64,000 nucleotides of DNA from Microcoleus sp. (lineage in GTDB: Bacteria > Cyanobacteriota > Cyanobacteriia > Cyanobacteriales > Microcoleaceae). A program made the position numbers and the translations under genes. The DNA is taken from the NCBI GenBank assembly GCA_042408215.1, contig JAYFMW010000021.1, positions 1-64,000 of the forward strand, written 5' to 3'. Below are positions 9,251 through 20,197 of this stretch, piece after piece (positions within the stretch are counted from its first letter, which is position 1; each line of letters opens with the position of its first letter). The notes beneath the pieces were generated by a model. The model did not search any database and was not told the origin of the DNA. It saw nothing but the letters and a program-made list of their open reading frames with translations.

Positions 9251-12200
9251 TTAACTCAGCGGCAGGGCGATCGTAAATTCCGTCCCTTCACCCACCACCG
9301 AGTCACAACTCAAACTACCGCCGTGGGTTTCTTCCACTATTTGCCGACTGATAGACAATCCCAACCCGGTACCTTTTCCAACTCCTTTTGTAGTGAATAA
9401 ATGGTCAAAAATCCGCGATATAACTTCCTCAGAAATTCCCCGGCCATTATCTCTAATCTTAATGACAACTATTTGATTTTCATCGTCCATCTCAGTTGTG
9501 ATATTAATGATATTAGGAGCGAGTTCAATCTCTGGGAAACTCCGACCTTTATTTGCTTCCTCAAAACAGTCGATCGCATTGGCAACAATATTCATAAACA
9601 CCTGATTCAACTGTCCCAAATAACACTTAACTTTCGGGATATTTCCATAATCCTTAACTACTTGAATTGCCGGAGTGTCTGGATTTGCTTTCAATCGATG
9701 CTGTAAAATCATTAAAGTGCTGTCAATCCCTTCATGGATATTTGCCGACACTTTATGGCTGGTATCGGCACGGGAGAAAGTGCGGAGAGATGTGCTAATA
9801 TTGCGAATGCGATCGCACCCAACTTTCATCGACAACAGCATTTTTGGTAAATCTTGTATAAGATACTCTAAATCGATATCCTCAGCATCCTCTGCGATTT
9901 TTGAGCTAGGATCAATCACTTCTTCCTGATATAACTTCAAGTGGTTAATTAAATCAGCAACAGCCCTATTAGCTTCGTTAATATTCCCCGCAATAAAGCC
10001 AACTGGATTGTTAATTTCGTGAGCGACACCGGCAACCAAATTGCCCAGAGAAGACATTTTTTCACCTTGAATTAGTTGCATTTGTGCTTGTTGCAGTTCG
10101 GAAAAAGATTTTTCTAACTGTTGAGATTTTTCTTGCTCTCGCGCATACAAACGAGCATTCTCGATCGCAATAGCCACTTGGGAAACTAAAACTTTTAAAA
10201 CTTCTACCCTGTCTATGGTAAAAGCTCCTGCTGCTAACTTATTTTCCATATAAATAATCCCTTGCAGATTGGATTGATAAATAATTGGCAAACACAGGAT
10301 TGATTTAATTTGAAATTCTCTAATGTACTCATCCGCATTAAAAAGTTCGGCAACAGTCGCATCCTGCAATACCAGAGGCTTTTGACTGCGAAAAACATAA
10401 TTAATTACAGAAAACGGCAAATATTGACTGTTTTCAAATGGCATAGATTGTAAAACAGTCGCTGTGCTATCTGTAGAATTTCCTACGGCTTCGATGCAGA
10501 GTCGATCGTCTTCGAGCAGCAGCAGCACGACTTTTTGAGCCGCCGCATTTTCTAAAATGATTTTGATTAACTTGCTCAACAATTTTTCGAGAACAATTTC
10601 ACCGTTAATGGCTTGCGAAGACTTAATAAAAGTAGCCACGTCTAAGAAATCGCCTAAACTATTACTGGTAGTATTTCCAGTGGTAGTGCGGGTGACATCG
10701 AGGGTTGGGGTTTGGGTTGTGCGCGTTTGTGCTACTAAAAAAGGATGTGTTGATTCCAAGTGTTTAACTTTCGCTAGAGCTCCCCAGCGGATGTAGCCGT
10801 AATAAGCTTTAGTCAGATATGCTTGAGAAATTATCTGTTTTCCCAGACATTGATAGAATTCTCCGGCTAATTCATAAGCTAATGCTTCCTCTTGGATGTA
10901 ACCATTTTTGGCAGCTCCATCAATTGCGCGATCGTACAATTCCATTGCTTCGGTATTCTGCCCCAAAACTCGCGCTTTCTCTGCTGCTACCAAGTCGTAT
11001 TTGTGTTGATAATTCATCGGAGCATCAACGGCCCATTTTTTCATCTTGTTTTGGAGATCTACCACTTTTTTCAGATATTGCTTTTGCTCCTCTTTCCCAG
11101 CTTGGGGATACAAAGCGAGGAGACTGAGAGAGGAGTATAATTTACTGACAGAAACTATATAAAGTCCGGCTACGGCTTCTTCATATTGCTCAAACAACCT
11201 TGAATTTTCCAAGGCTTGCGCGTAGTTTCGGAACAGAAAATTCAGCATAGCTTTGGCATTATAAACCAAACAAACTAAAACAAAGCTTTTAGCTTCTATT
11301 AAAGCGGGGAGCGTTTTTAATTCATTAAAGTTATCGCCGACTAAATGGCATGGTTCGACAGTTGTGCCAGACAAATTGAGGGCTGTCTGTCTCTCTATAC
11401 TTATATACTGTACAGCCATTTCTAGTTGAGATTGCTGCATTAGTTTCAGATACTTACCTGTCTCCTCTTCAACCAGAGCAAGAGGCTCTCCCATCCACAG
11501 TTTACAAGTACAATATAGATTAATAGAATAACCCGCATATTCCAAATCTCCAGTTTCCATCCCGGTTTTAAAAGCTTCCATGAGATAGCCTAATCCTGAC
11601 TTGAGAGCGGTTTTCCAGTGTTGAATAAAAGAACCAAAGACTGCATAAACTCTACTTTTGATTGAACGGGATGGAAATTTGTCTAACAGCCTAATTGCAA
11701 GTTCGCCGAATTGGTATCCCAAACTAATATCCCCTAGGCTGTACATAACTACGCCATAATAAACGTAGGCAATACTTGCATAAGGTGAATTGCCATATTT
11801 AATGCACAGCTTGACCATCATAAATGCCAGCAGTGGTACCAGTCGGGGCTTGGCCTGAATAGCAGTGCTGAAAATCCCTGATAAAATCCGCATGGCTGCT
11901 TTTTGATTGGGATCTGTCATTTCTGGTAAGTTAGCTAGATCGTCAATTCGTTTAATTCCCAAGCTCAGTTTTGTGTTAATCATTCCCGCCATAATATTGA
12001 GCGAGTTGGGGTTTTGAGGTAAAGAAATGCCTAACAATTTCAGCACTTCCAGTCCTGTATTTAGTGATTCTATAAGTCTATTTTGAGCATTGTAAGACTG
12101 GAGTTGAAGTTCATAAGCATTCACTTTTTCCAGTAGAGTTTTAGCTTTTTGCAGTACGATATCAACCAGTTTTTTTGAATCTTCATAGTTAATATTTAAG

Positions 12201-14800
12201 TATTCAGCTTCTGCTGTTGACTCGTAAATTGCTAAGGTTAAGTCATACTGACTTTGCCAACAATCCGCTGGCAATAATTCCATAGCAACCCGCAAATACC
12301 TAACAGCAGCTTCATAAGCAGCCGCCGCTTTTGCCTTGCGTCCAGCAGTTAAGTTGAACTTTGCTAACTGCGTCTTTTCTGCTGGCTGGCTAATCGTTTC
12401 AATTCCGAAGTTCAACTGATTGACAATATCAAATATGTTCTCTTCTAGTTTTTCGATGGGAGTGTTTTGAAGAAGTAATTGACCGATGTTAAAGTGAGTT
12501 GATTTTTTCCGGTTTTCAGGAATTAGCGAATACGCGGCTTGCTGGACGCGATCGTGCAAAAATTTGTAACTAACCCGCGAAGTATCTAATTTGAGATTGA
12601 TTGATTCGGCTCGATCGAAAACTAAAGGAATGCGATAAGCATCGCTCAAGGGCAGAATTAACCCTGCTTGCAAAGCTGAATAAAGTTGAGTGGCTGTAGT
12701 ATTAGCTGACTCTTCGCTGACAAGTGACAGCACATCTAGAGCAAATTTATCCCCCACACAAGCTGCTAATTTCAACACTTCTTGCGTGGCTACGGGGAGC
12801 TTTTCAATGCGACTGGCCACCAGTTGTACTACACTTTTATCGGTAATTCCAATGGCTTGAATTTCATCAATACTCCAATTCCAGCCCCCTTTACCTCCCT
12901 CATTGGTAACGGGAGAGATCAGACAATCAAAGTCGAACTTTAAAAGATTATCTTGATAAAGTGCTTGGAGTAATTGCGTCAAGAAAAAAGGATTACCGCC
13001 TGTTTTATTGCAGATTAACTCTGCTAGAGTTTTTACCTTTTCTGTGCGGTTGTTAAGTGTTTCCGCGACTAATTCAGTGACATTTTCTAAATCCAGCGGT
13101 TCCAGCACGATATTGTTGACAACAGTACCCGTCTTTTCAATCTCTTCTACAGTCTGAATTAAAGGGTGAGTGGGACTAACTTCGTTATCTCGATAAGCAC
13201 CGATTAGCAACAGATATTGCTGGTATGGGTCAGTTATCAGTGTTTGCATTAACTTTAATGTTGCTGAATCTGCCCACTGCAAATCGTCTAAAAATATCAC
13301 TAGCGGGTGTTCTTTTTGGGCGAAAACGCGAAGAAATTCTTTGAATACCCGATTGAAGCGATTTTGCGATTCTATTGGGCCGAGTTCTGGCACTTCTGGC
13401 TGTTTGCCAATGATTAATTCAAGTTCGGGAATTACATCGGCAATTACTTGACCGTCTGTTCCTAAAGCTGTTAAAATTTTAGTGCGCCATGTTTCTATAG
13501 AAGCAGCGCTTTCTGTTAGCAACTGGCCCAGCAGCGAGTTAAATGCTTGAATTAATGATGCGTAAGGAATGTTGCGTTTGAATTGATCAAATTTGCCGCT
13601 GATGAAGTAACCTTTTGAGCGAGTAATTGGTTTGCTAACTTCATTGACGACGGCGGATTTGCCGATGCCAGAATAACCAGATACTAGCATTAATTCGCTT
13701 TGGGAATGGGCGACTTTTTCTGTATTTTGGTTGGGTGGGAAAGATGCGGGTGAAAGGGTTTCTGCATTGGGGCGGGCGGGTTTTTCTGTATTTCGGTTGG
13801 GTGGGAAAGATTCGGGTGAACCCGCCCCTACACGTTCAAAGGCTGCTAATAGTTGGTTGACTTGGTTTTCGCGACCGTACAATTTCTGAGGAATTAATAA
13901 CTGACTGAGAATATCTAAGCGTCCTGGGGTAAAATCTGCAATCTTGCCTGTTGTTTCTAACTGATGCAAACATTTTTCTAAGTCTGCTAATAATCCGGCT
14001 GCACTTTGATATCTTTGTTCGGCATTTTTGGCAATCAATTTCATCACTATTTCTGAGATTGATGGGGAGATTTCAGAATTGATTTGATGGGGCGAAATTG
14101 CTTGAACTGCGATGTGGCTGTAAACTATTTCTAAGGGGTCACTGCTGGCGAAAGGCAATTTACCTGTTAGCATTTCATACAAGGTAATTCCTAATGAATA
14201 AAAGTCGGTGCGATAGTCGAGGGTGCGGTTCATTCTCCCGGTTTGTTCGGGAGACATATAAGCTAATGTGCCTTCGACTGAGTTGGGATTGTTAAATTGC
14301 GGGTTTTCTTTGTTTAGTTTTGTCGCAATGCCAAAGTCTGTGAGTTTAACTTGTTTTGTTTGGGAGTTAATAATGATGTTGCTGGGTTTGATGTCTTTGT
14401 GAATAATCTGATTTTGGTGCAGGTATTCTAAGGCTTTGACGATTTGGATGGCGATGTTTAAAATTGCGTGAAGCGAAGCTATCCCAAAGGGAATCGCACT
14501 CAATTTTTCTTTTTCGAGCATTTTTCCGAGAGATTCCCCGCCAAAATCTTCTAAAACCAGTCCTAATCGGTGGTCAAAGGTTTCGAGACTGATGGCTTTG
14601 ACGATTTGTTCGCTATCTAAACTTTGGCGGATTTGATATTCGTGTTTGAGACGGGTAATGGCTTCGAGCGTCGGATATTCGGCTTTCAGGAGTTTAAGAA
14701 TTATTGTGGGCTGGTTAATCGCTCTCTGTCCGCGATAGATAATTGTTTCGACACCTTCGTGCAGAGTAGAATTAATTGGGTATTCTGACAGGGTTTGCAT
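9251..14800 (-). CDS. Multidomain Ser/Thr kinase - AAA ATPase - TPR-like - GAF - histidine kinase (HstK-type)
   Basis: HKDIKPSN/DFG kinase; GYSGIGKS Walker A; FLDDLQWAD Walker B; GAF; AHEINNP H-box; GTGLGL G2 box. ATG at 14800. Confidence 0.93.
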   Translation of the reverse strand: MQTLSEYPINSTLHEGVETIIYRGQRAINQPTIILKLLKAEYPTLEAITRLKHEYQIRQSLDSEQIVKAISLETFDHRLGLVLEDFGGESLGKMLEKEKLSAIPFGIASLHAILNIAIQIVKALEYLHQNQIIHKDIKPSNIIINSQTKQVKLTDFGIATKLNKENPQFNNPNSVEGTLAYMSPEQTGRMNRTLDYRTDFYSLGITLYEMLTGKLPFASSDPLEIVYSHIAVQAISPHQINSEISPSISEIVMKLIAKNAEQRYQSAAGLLADLEKCLHQLETTGKIADFTPGRLDILSQLLIPQKLYGRENQVNQLLAAFERVGAGSPESFPPNRNTEKPARPNAETLSPASFPPNQNTEKVAHSQSELMLVSGYSGIGKSAVVNEVSKPITRSKGYFISGKFDQFKRNIPYASLIQAFNSLLGQLLTESAASIETWRTKILTALGTDGQVIADVIPELELIIGKQPEVPELGPIESQNRFNRVFKEFLRVFAQKEHPLVIFLDDLQWADSATLKLMQTLITDPYQQYLLLIGAYRDNEVSPTHPLIQTVEEIEKTGTVVNNIVLEPLDLENVTELVAETLNNRTEKVKTLAELICNKTGGNPFFLTQLLQALYQDNLLKFDFDCLISPVTNEGGKGGWNWSIDEIQAIGITDKSVVQLVASRIEKLPVATQEVLKLAACVGDKFALDVLSLVSEESANTTATQLYSALQAGLILPLSDAYRIPLVFDRAESINLKLDTSRVSYKFLHDRVQQAAYSLIPENRKKSTHFNIGQLLLQNTPIEKLEENIFDIVNQLNFGIETISQPAEKTQLAKFNLTAGRKAKAAAAYEAAVRYLRVAMELLPADCWQSQYDLTLAIYESTAEAEYLNINYEDSKKLVDIVLQKAKTLLEKVNAYELQLQSYNAQNRLIESLNTGLEVLKLLGISLPQNPNSLNIMAGMINTKLSLGIKRIDDLANLPEMTDPNQKAAMRILSGIFSTAIQAKPRLVPLLAFMMVKLCIKYGNSPYASIAYVYYGVVMYSLGDISLGYQFGELAIRLLDKFPSRSIKSRVYAVFGSFIQHWKTALKSGLGYLMEAFKTGMETGDLEYAGYSINLYCTCKLWMGEPLALVEEETGKYLKLMQQSQLEMAVQYISIERQTALNLSGTTVEPCHLVGDNFNELKTLPALIEAKSFVLVCLVYNAKAMLNFLFRNYAQALENSRLFEQYEEAVAGLYIVSVSKLYSSLSLLALYPQAGKEEQKQYLKKVVDLQNKMKKWAVDAPMNYQHKYDLVAAEKARVLGQNTEAMELYDRAIDGAAKNGYIQEEALAYELAGEFYQCLGKQIISQAYLTKAYYGYIRWGALAKVKHLESTHPFLVAQTRTTQTPTLDVTRTTTGNTTSNSLGDFLDVATFIKSSQAINGEIVLEKLLSKLIKIILENAAAQKVVLLLLEDDRLCIEAVGNSTDSTATVLQSMPFENSQYLPFSVINYVFRSQKPLVLQDATVAELFNADEYIREFQIKSILCLPIIYQSNLQGIIYMENKLAAGAFTIDRVEVLKVLVSQVAIAIENARLYAREQEKSQQLEKSFSELQQAQMQLIQGEKMSSLGNLVAGVAHEINNPVGFIAGNINEANRAVADLINHLKLYQEEVIDPSSKIAEDAEDIDLEYLIQDLPKMLLSMKVGCDRIRNISTSLRTFSRADTSHKVSANIHEGIDSTLMILQHRLKANPDTPAIQVVKDYGNIPKVKCYLGQLNQVFMNIVANAIDCFEEANKGRSFPEIELAPNIINITTEMDDENQIVVIKIRDNGRGISEEVISRIFDHLFTTKGVGKGTGLGLSISRQIVEETHGGSLSCDSVVGEGTEFTIALPLS

Positions 14801-15019
14801 AGGTTTATTTTCAATAATATCACGTCTAATTTTACCAAGAGTAACACTAATTTCGTGAATATTTATGTGATCCAGATCGCTTTGTTTTATGCCACAAGTC
14901 ACAAGTAGTATCGGAATTAATATTACCCAAAGTCAGGACACGGCAGTGCCGTGTCCCTACAATTAATTGGGGTAGGGACACTCCAAGAGCCGTGTCCTTC
15001 TCGGTTAAATTGCCGAGTT

Positions 15020-17407
15020 TCAATCTTGTACAACCGTAACTTCACTGAAATGAGTAATTGATTCGGGTTCCGGTAAAATGCGGACGCGGGCAAATTTCAA
15101 ACCGCTGACTCCTTGCAGGGCTTCTACCATGCCAGTTTGAATTTTTGACTCTACCCAACCTTCGCGAGATAAATAGCGTAAATATTGCTGGTACTCTTGC
15201 CACTCGTCCTCGGTTGAATAAACGATAGTCAACATCCCCGACTGGGTAATTCGCTCTTGTGTGTCTCGATCAACGGCTTTTTCGATCCGCTTTTTGACGA
15301 GTTCGTAGCGAATGTCGCGAGTGCCTTTTACGTCAAACATTTTTTCAGTATTTTCGTTGTGAAAAATGTCGATCGTGGTATTCTGGACTAACACTAAATG
15401 CGCGAGTTCCATGTTAATTTGAGACTCGGCTTGCAGGCGGAAAACTGTGCGGGCGCAGTCGCAAATTGCTCGCAGTTGTTCGTAGCGCAAACTGTGTAGG
15501 TGAAAGGGACTAAATTTGGAATCTATAGATTTCCCGACATAAATCATGTGATCCATGCCGTCAGTGCATTCTATGTCGCAGTAGTGGGGGAGAATTTGCT
15601 GCATTCGCTCTTGCCAGCTTGCCCATGTTTCTTGGAGTTTGGTACTGATTAAATTCAGCATTTGGTCGTAGCGAGTGCGATCGCCATAAACGCAGTTGTG
15701 TTCGTTGGCGCAAGCTGTCCGGTAAGCTTCAACGGCTGCCTGAACCTTCGGGCAGCACTGCATAAAATAGTCAAAATATACTTCTAATTTCTCCTTCAAA
15801 TACTCCGCCGATCGCACTTCCATATCGACTGTTACTTTTTCTTTTAAATGCTCGATGTAGTCGAGTAAATCGAGCCGCAGTTGCTCGCCTAGGTGAGTAT
15901 TTTGTGTTTCACAAACGACATCAACTATGGCTAAACCAAACCGAAATTGTTCCAGCAAATCGGTTTGAATGGCTCGATTTCGCTCGTCGCTAGAACCGCG
16001 AATATCGGAAATTCCGAACAGCGGATAAACGTCAGCAAATACAATAGTTTCCTGGGGCAGTCCCCAACTTCGCCTTTCTGCTTCTTGGATGAAACGCCAC
16101 TCGACTGCGGGATGGATGTTGTGAATGTGGGTAAACCGCTGCTGAATGGCTTGCCGCAGGGCTGCAATGAAGGCGGGAATTAGTTCTTGGGCGTGTTGAG
16201 AGTCAAGGCCGTTGAAGTGATTGGGCCGATCGCATAATAACCCCACCACGCCCAAAATCCGTTGGCCACAACCCTCGCGGGTAATAGTTTTCACCACCAG
16301 CGGTATCAACAACATCGATCGCACGCCCATTTTCCGTAAAGCGCGATCGCACTCGGTGTCGCATTCTCGCCGCAAATCCGGCACATTCCAAACTTGATTT
16401 GCCGCCGTTGCTTTCAAAAAATGAGAAGCTTCTAGAGAATTCATCGAATAAACAACCGGCTTCAAATGTTCGCCGCCTTTAGCAACTAATAGCTGTACCT
16501 GTTCGCCGTCAGGGCGCAGCAGCAAACTGCCGTCAGCATTAAAGAGCGATCGCAAACATCGATCGATTCTCTCAAATTTATCAGGCCGCAGCATCGAATC
16601 TCGATTAATTAATAACTGCGTCAGCCGCCGAATTTGCTCCTGCACAGTAACATCAAAACCTTCCAGCAGCAGCAAACCTTCTACTTGGTAATTATCCAAC
16701 TGCAATCGCGAGGCTAAATTGGCCAATTGATTCGGCTGCATCAGCCAAGCTTCCCGTTCTGCAACAGACATTAATTTTAAACGCAAATCGGCAAATTCAT
16801 CTATTCTTGAGTCAATCCTAGTAATTTTCAACTGTTCCGAACCCAGCCAAAATTCAATAAATCTGGGTTCTCCCTGTTGGCGGCTTTTTACACTGACCAT
16901 CACAGGTTCATCAAGCATTCGCAAACTTTCAAGGTCAATTTGATAAAATTGCTTAAATACCCAATGCAATAGGTGGCGGCGGTATAATTGTTCTGCTGTT
17001 TTGCCGTCCCCATCCTCGAACAGTTCCAGCAAAGTGATGCCCATTCCTGTAAACAAACCGTTGGTAGATTCGGTTCCCAAGGGCGTTCCCTCCCAACCAG
17101 CTAAGCGACAGAATGCCGCGTTAGCATAACGCAGGGCAAAGGTTCCCGGTGCCATTGCTGCTATTAAAACGCGACTAGATCCGAGAAATTGAAAGAGTCG
17201 GTCTAAGTCTTGTTTCCAGGTTTTCAAGCATTCAATTTCGGCAGATTGACTGGGTACTTGGGTCGCCAACTCTTCCAGTAGCTGTTCCATATTTGGTTGG
17301 CTTTGCAAACTGTTACTTTCTGGCTCAGTTGGGGTTGTATCTGCGGGCATCAGTGATTTTACGGAGTGGTTGTTGTTTTGACGCGAAGACGATTTGGGAG
17401 TAGACAT
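15020..17407 (-). CDS. GAF-domain protein with a conserved C-terminal domain of unknown function
   Basis: GAF-like segment (VRSMLLIPLV...ILGVVGLL), then NIHPAVEWRF, SDIRGSSDERN and RYELVKKRIEKA blocks. Confidence 0.8.
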   Translation of the reverse strand: MSTPKSSSRQNNNHSVKSLMPADTTPTEPESNSLQSQPNMEQLLEELATQVPSQSAEIECLKTWKQDLDRLFQFLGSSRVLIAAMAPGTFALRYANAAFCRLAGWEGTPLGTESTNGLFTGMGITLLELFEDGDGKTAEQLYRRHLLHWVFKQFYQIDLESLRMLDEPVMVSVKSRQQGEPRFIEFWLGSEQLKITRIDSRIDEFADLRLKLMSVAEREAWLMQPNQLANLASRLQLDNYQVEGLLLLEGFDVTVQEQIRRLTQLLINRDSMLRPDKFERIDRCLRSLFNADGSLLLRPDGEQVQLLVAKGGEHLKPVVYSMNSLEASHFLKATAANQVWNVPDLRRECDTECDRALRKMGVRSMLLIPLVVKTITREGCGQRILGVVGLLCDRPNHFNGLDSQHAQELIPAFIAALRQAIQQRFTHIHNIHPAVEWRFIQEAERRSWGLPQETIVFADVYPLFGISDIRGSSDERNRAIQTDLLEQFRFGLAIVDVVCETQNTHLGEQLRLDLLDYIEHLKEKVTVDMEVRSAEYLKEKLEVYFDYFMQCCPKVQAAVEAYRTACANEHNCVYGDRTRYDQMLNLISTKLQETWASWQERMQQILPHYCDIECTDGMDHMIYVGKSIDSKFSPFHLHSLRYEQLRAICDCARTVFRLQAESQINMELAHLVLVQNTTIDIFHNENTEKMFDVKGTRDIRYELVKKRIEKAVDRDTQERITQSGMLTIVYSTEDEWQEYQQYLRYLSREGWVESKIQTGMVEALQGVSGLKFARVRILPEPESITHFSEVTVVQD

Positions 17408-17791
17408 GAGTAAAGCACCTGAAAGCAGTGGATTTTGCCAAATAATGTTAGCGATCGGCGATTTATGGCTTTGTGAAGAACTTAGATCCTGTCGATAAAT
17501 TTTTGGGACCTCGAAAACTGGTTTTTATCCAGACGTTCGACTCATAAATTTTTACTTTTCTTTACAAACAGTCTCGACGTTACAGAGTGAGATTGACCTG
17601 TTTAGCACATTGCCAGTTAAGCTTATTATAAGTGGGAAACAGTAGCGGATCGTGTCAGGCGATTTGAGATTTGAGATTTGAGATTTGAGATTGCTCCCAC
17701 GGATTAATCCGGGGGATTGCGATCGGGATGCGGACAAGGCAAAAATTGAAATATATAATACAGTTAGCAGCATCTTTGAAAGGACATACCT

Positions 17792-18574
17792 ATGGCTTTA
17801 ACGGTTAACAATTTGAGCGGCGATCCGACTGGATTTCCTGTATTTGCCGGCGGCGGCCCGCGTCTTTTGGGATTCGCTACACCAGATGACATTAACGTAG
17901 AGCCGGGAAATTTGTCTTCTGTTCCCTGGGGAGTGTGGGGACTTGATGGCAACGATACCATAGCAGGTTCGTCGGATGGCAACGAACGGCTGTTAGGAAA
18001 TAACGGCAATGATGTAATCGGAGGTGGCGGCGGAAATGACATCATTTACGGCGGCAAAGATAACGATCGACTCGACGGAAATGAAGGCAACGACGTAGTA
18101 AGAGGCGACGCCGGCAACGACGTTATCTTTGGAGGCCCTGGCAATGATATTCTGCGGGGAGGGCAAGGAGACGACGATTTAGAGGGCAATGAGGGCAATG
18201 ATTTCCTAGCGGGCGATCGGGGAATTGACGTGCTCACAGGAGGCCTGGGTGCTGATACATTTCTGATCAAAAGCAATGATGAAGGATTTGGAGTCAATGC
18301 AGCCGATGTCATTACTGATTTTAACTTTGACGAGGGCGATCGCATAGCTCTCACCGATGGCTTAACAGAACTAAACCTCATCTTCACTGACGATGCTCTG
18401 ATCGCTTACGACAACGACGGAATTATTAACGACATGGTGATTCGCAACCGAAGTAACGGACAAATTTTGGGCGTAGTTTTAAATACGAACAGCTTTGAAC
18501 TTACCGGTGCATTTGAAACTGCAAGTCCTTTTGCTTTGGCAATTAACGGTTCTCAATTCCAGTTTTTGGCTTAG
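17792..18574 (+). CDS. Hemolysin-type (RTX) calcium-binding repeat protein
   Basis: Multiple GGxGND nonapeptides; DVITDFN..EGDRIAL C-terminal module; AGGA RBS. Confidence 0.9.
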   Translation: MALTVNNLSGDPTGFPVFAGGGPRLLGFATPDDINVEPGNLSSVPWGVWGLDGNDTIAGSSDGNERLLGNNGNDVIGGGGGNDIIYGGKDNDRLDGNEGNDVVRGDAGNDVIFGGPGNDILRGGQGDDDLEGNEGNDFLAGDRGIDVLTGGLGADTFLIKSNDEGFGVNAADVITDFNFDEGDRIALTDGLTELNLIFTDDALIAYDNDGIINDMVIRNRSNGQILGVVLNTNSFELTGAFETASPFALAINGSQFQFLA

Positions 18575-18835
18575 CTATTTCTAGGAAATCAAAAAGGTCG
18601 ATCGCTCTTTATTTACTAAAAGGGCGATGGGTCTTTTTAGATCAATTCCGGTTGCACTCAGAGATGATTGTTGACTGTTGACTATTGACTGTTGACTATT
18701 GACTGTTGACTATTGACTATTGACTGTTGACTGTTGTCATTCCCAATGCTATAAAGGCCCAATGCCCAATCCCCAATTCCCAATCACCAATTATCAATTA
18801 CTCTGCCAGTACCTATTCAACCCAAAACCACCAGA

Positions 18836-20017
18836 TCAACCCTTTACGCAAACCACCTGCTTCAAAGTCGCCACAACTTCCACCAAATCCGACTGCTGAC
18901 TCATCACCTCCTCAATCGGCTTATAAGCCCCCGGAATTTCATCTAAAAAATCCTCATTTTTGCGGCACTCAACCCCCTCAGTTTGCCGCACAAAATCATC
19001 AAGAGTGAATACATTTTTTGCTTGAGTTCGAGACATCAATCGCCCCGCACCGTGAGAGCAAGAACAATAACTTTCAGCATTACCTTTACCCTTAACAATG
19101 AAAGACTTCGCCCCCATCGAACCCGGAATAATCCCATAATCCTCAACTTCAGCCCGCACAGCACCCTTGCGAGTAACATACACCTCTTCCCCAAAATGCA
19201 CCTCTTTTTCCGCGTAATTGTGATGACAATTCACCTCCAATAACGGCTTAATAGATTTGCCGCCCGCAACGTGCTTTTCCACAATGTGCTTAAACCGATT
19301 CATCATCACATCGCGATTAAAACGAGCATAATCTTGCGCCCACTGCAAATCGTGCCAATAAGCCGCAAACTCCGGCGTACCTGTTACAAAATAAGCCAAA
19401 TCTTTGTCAGGTAGAGTAATTTCTGCCAGTTTAGCTAAATCTTTAGCAGTGTCGATATGGTGCTGTGCGAGCAAATTCCCAATGCCGCGAGAACCGGAAT
19501 GTAGCATCAGCCAAACAAAGTTTTCAGTATCAACACAAACCTCAATAAAATGATTGCCGCCGCCGAGGGAACCCAATTGTTTTAAGGCTTTATTGTCTTG
19601 GTGCTGCACGCCTTGATGAAGTTCCTTAAATTCTCGCCATCCCTGCCAGTTGGTGACTGTTTTTTCTACTTCCTTGTTTTCGGCAAATCCCACAGGAATT
19701 GCGGCTTCGATATCGAGGCGAATTAGTTTGAGTTTGCCTTCTAATTTGTCAGCGTTAAAGGGCATTTTAATGGCAGCCATCCCGCAACCAATATCAACGC
19801 CCACAGCCGCCGGAATAATCGCTTCTTTTGTAGCAATTACTGAACCGACTAAAGCACCTTTTCCTAAATGTACATCGGGCATTAGGGCGACGTGTTTGAA
19901 TACAAAGGGCAAAGATGCTACATTTTCTGCCATCTTGGTTTCTTTTTCGCCCAGGGCGTGATTTGCCCAAGATAGGACTGGTTTTGGGGTTGATATTTCT
20001 AATTTTTCGTAGGGCAT
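18836..20017 (-). CDS. rtcB: RtcB-family RNA ligase
   Basis: MPDVHLG, VGVDIGCG, GGGNHF, HSGSRG, HHNYA, IIPGSMG, SHGAGR and DEIPGAYK motifs. Confidence 0.95.
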   Translation of the reverse strand: MPYEKLEISTPKPVLSWANHALGEKETKMAENVASLPFVFKHVALMPDVHLGKGALVGSVIATKEAIIPAAVGVDIGCGMAAIKMPFNADKLEGKLKLIRLDIEAAIPVGFAENKEVEKTVTNWQGWREFKELHQGVQHQDNKALKQLGSLGGGNHFIEVCVDTENFVWLMLHSGSRGIGNLLAQHHIDTAKDLAKLAEITLPDKDLAYFVTGTPEFAAYWHDLQWAQDYARFNRDVMMNRFKHIVEKHVAGGKSIKPLLEVNCHHNYAEKEVHFGEEVYVTRKGAVRAEVEDYGIIPGSMGAKSFIVKGKGNAESYCSCSHGAGRLMSRTQAKNVFTLDDFVRQTEGVECRKNEDFLDEIPGAYKPIEEVMSQQSDLVEVVATLKQVVCVKG

Positions 20018-20057
20018 TTTTGTTTGAGTTTGTTTTGCCAGTTATCGTGTAGTACAT

Positions 20058-20086
20058 ATTGTAACATAAAACTTTTCGGATGTCAA
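20058..20086 (-). promoter_or_regulatory. Sigma70-type promoter of rtcB
   Basis: TTGACA (20086-20081), 17-nt spacer, TACAAT (20063-20058), with a TGn extension. Confidence 0.7.
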
Positions 20087-20197
20087 ACACACTAATTCTC
20101 GTAGGGTGCGTCAGTCGGGAATTTTGATCGGGATTCAGAGAGTATTGACTGACGCACCTTACCGACTAATTCTAGAAGCGTCCTGTATTGAAAATCC

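Noticed and set aside
8248..9400. Repeat-encoded ORFs (8248-8835, 8415-8753, 9034-9276, also 5189-5458)
   Set aside because: They are translations of the 84-bp DNA repeat, and frames break wherever a unit is 83 bp.
20051..20066. LexA box upstream of rtcB
   Set aside because: AGTAC is present, but the spacing and second half-site do not fit RGTAC-NNN-DGTWCB.
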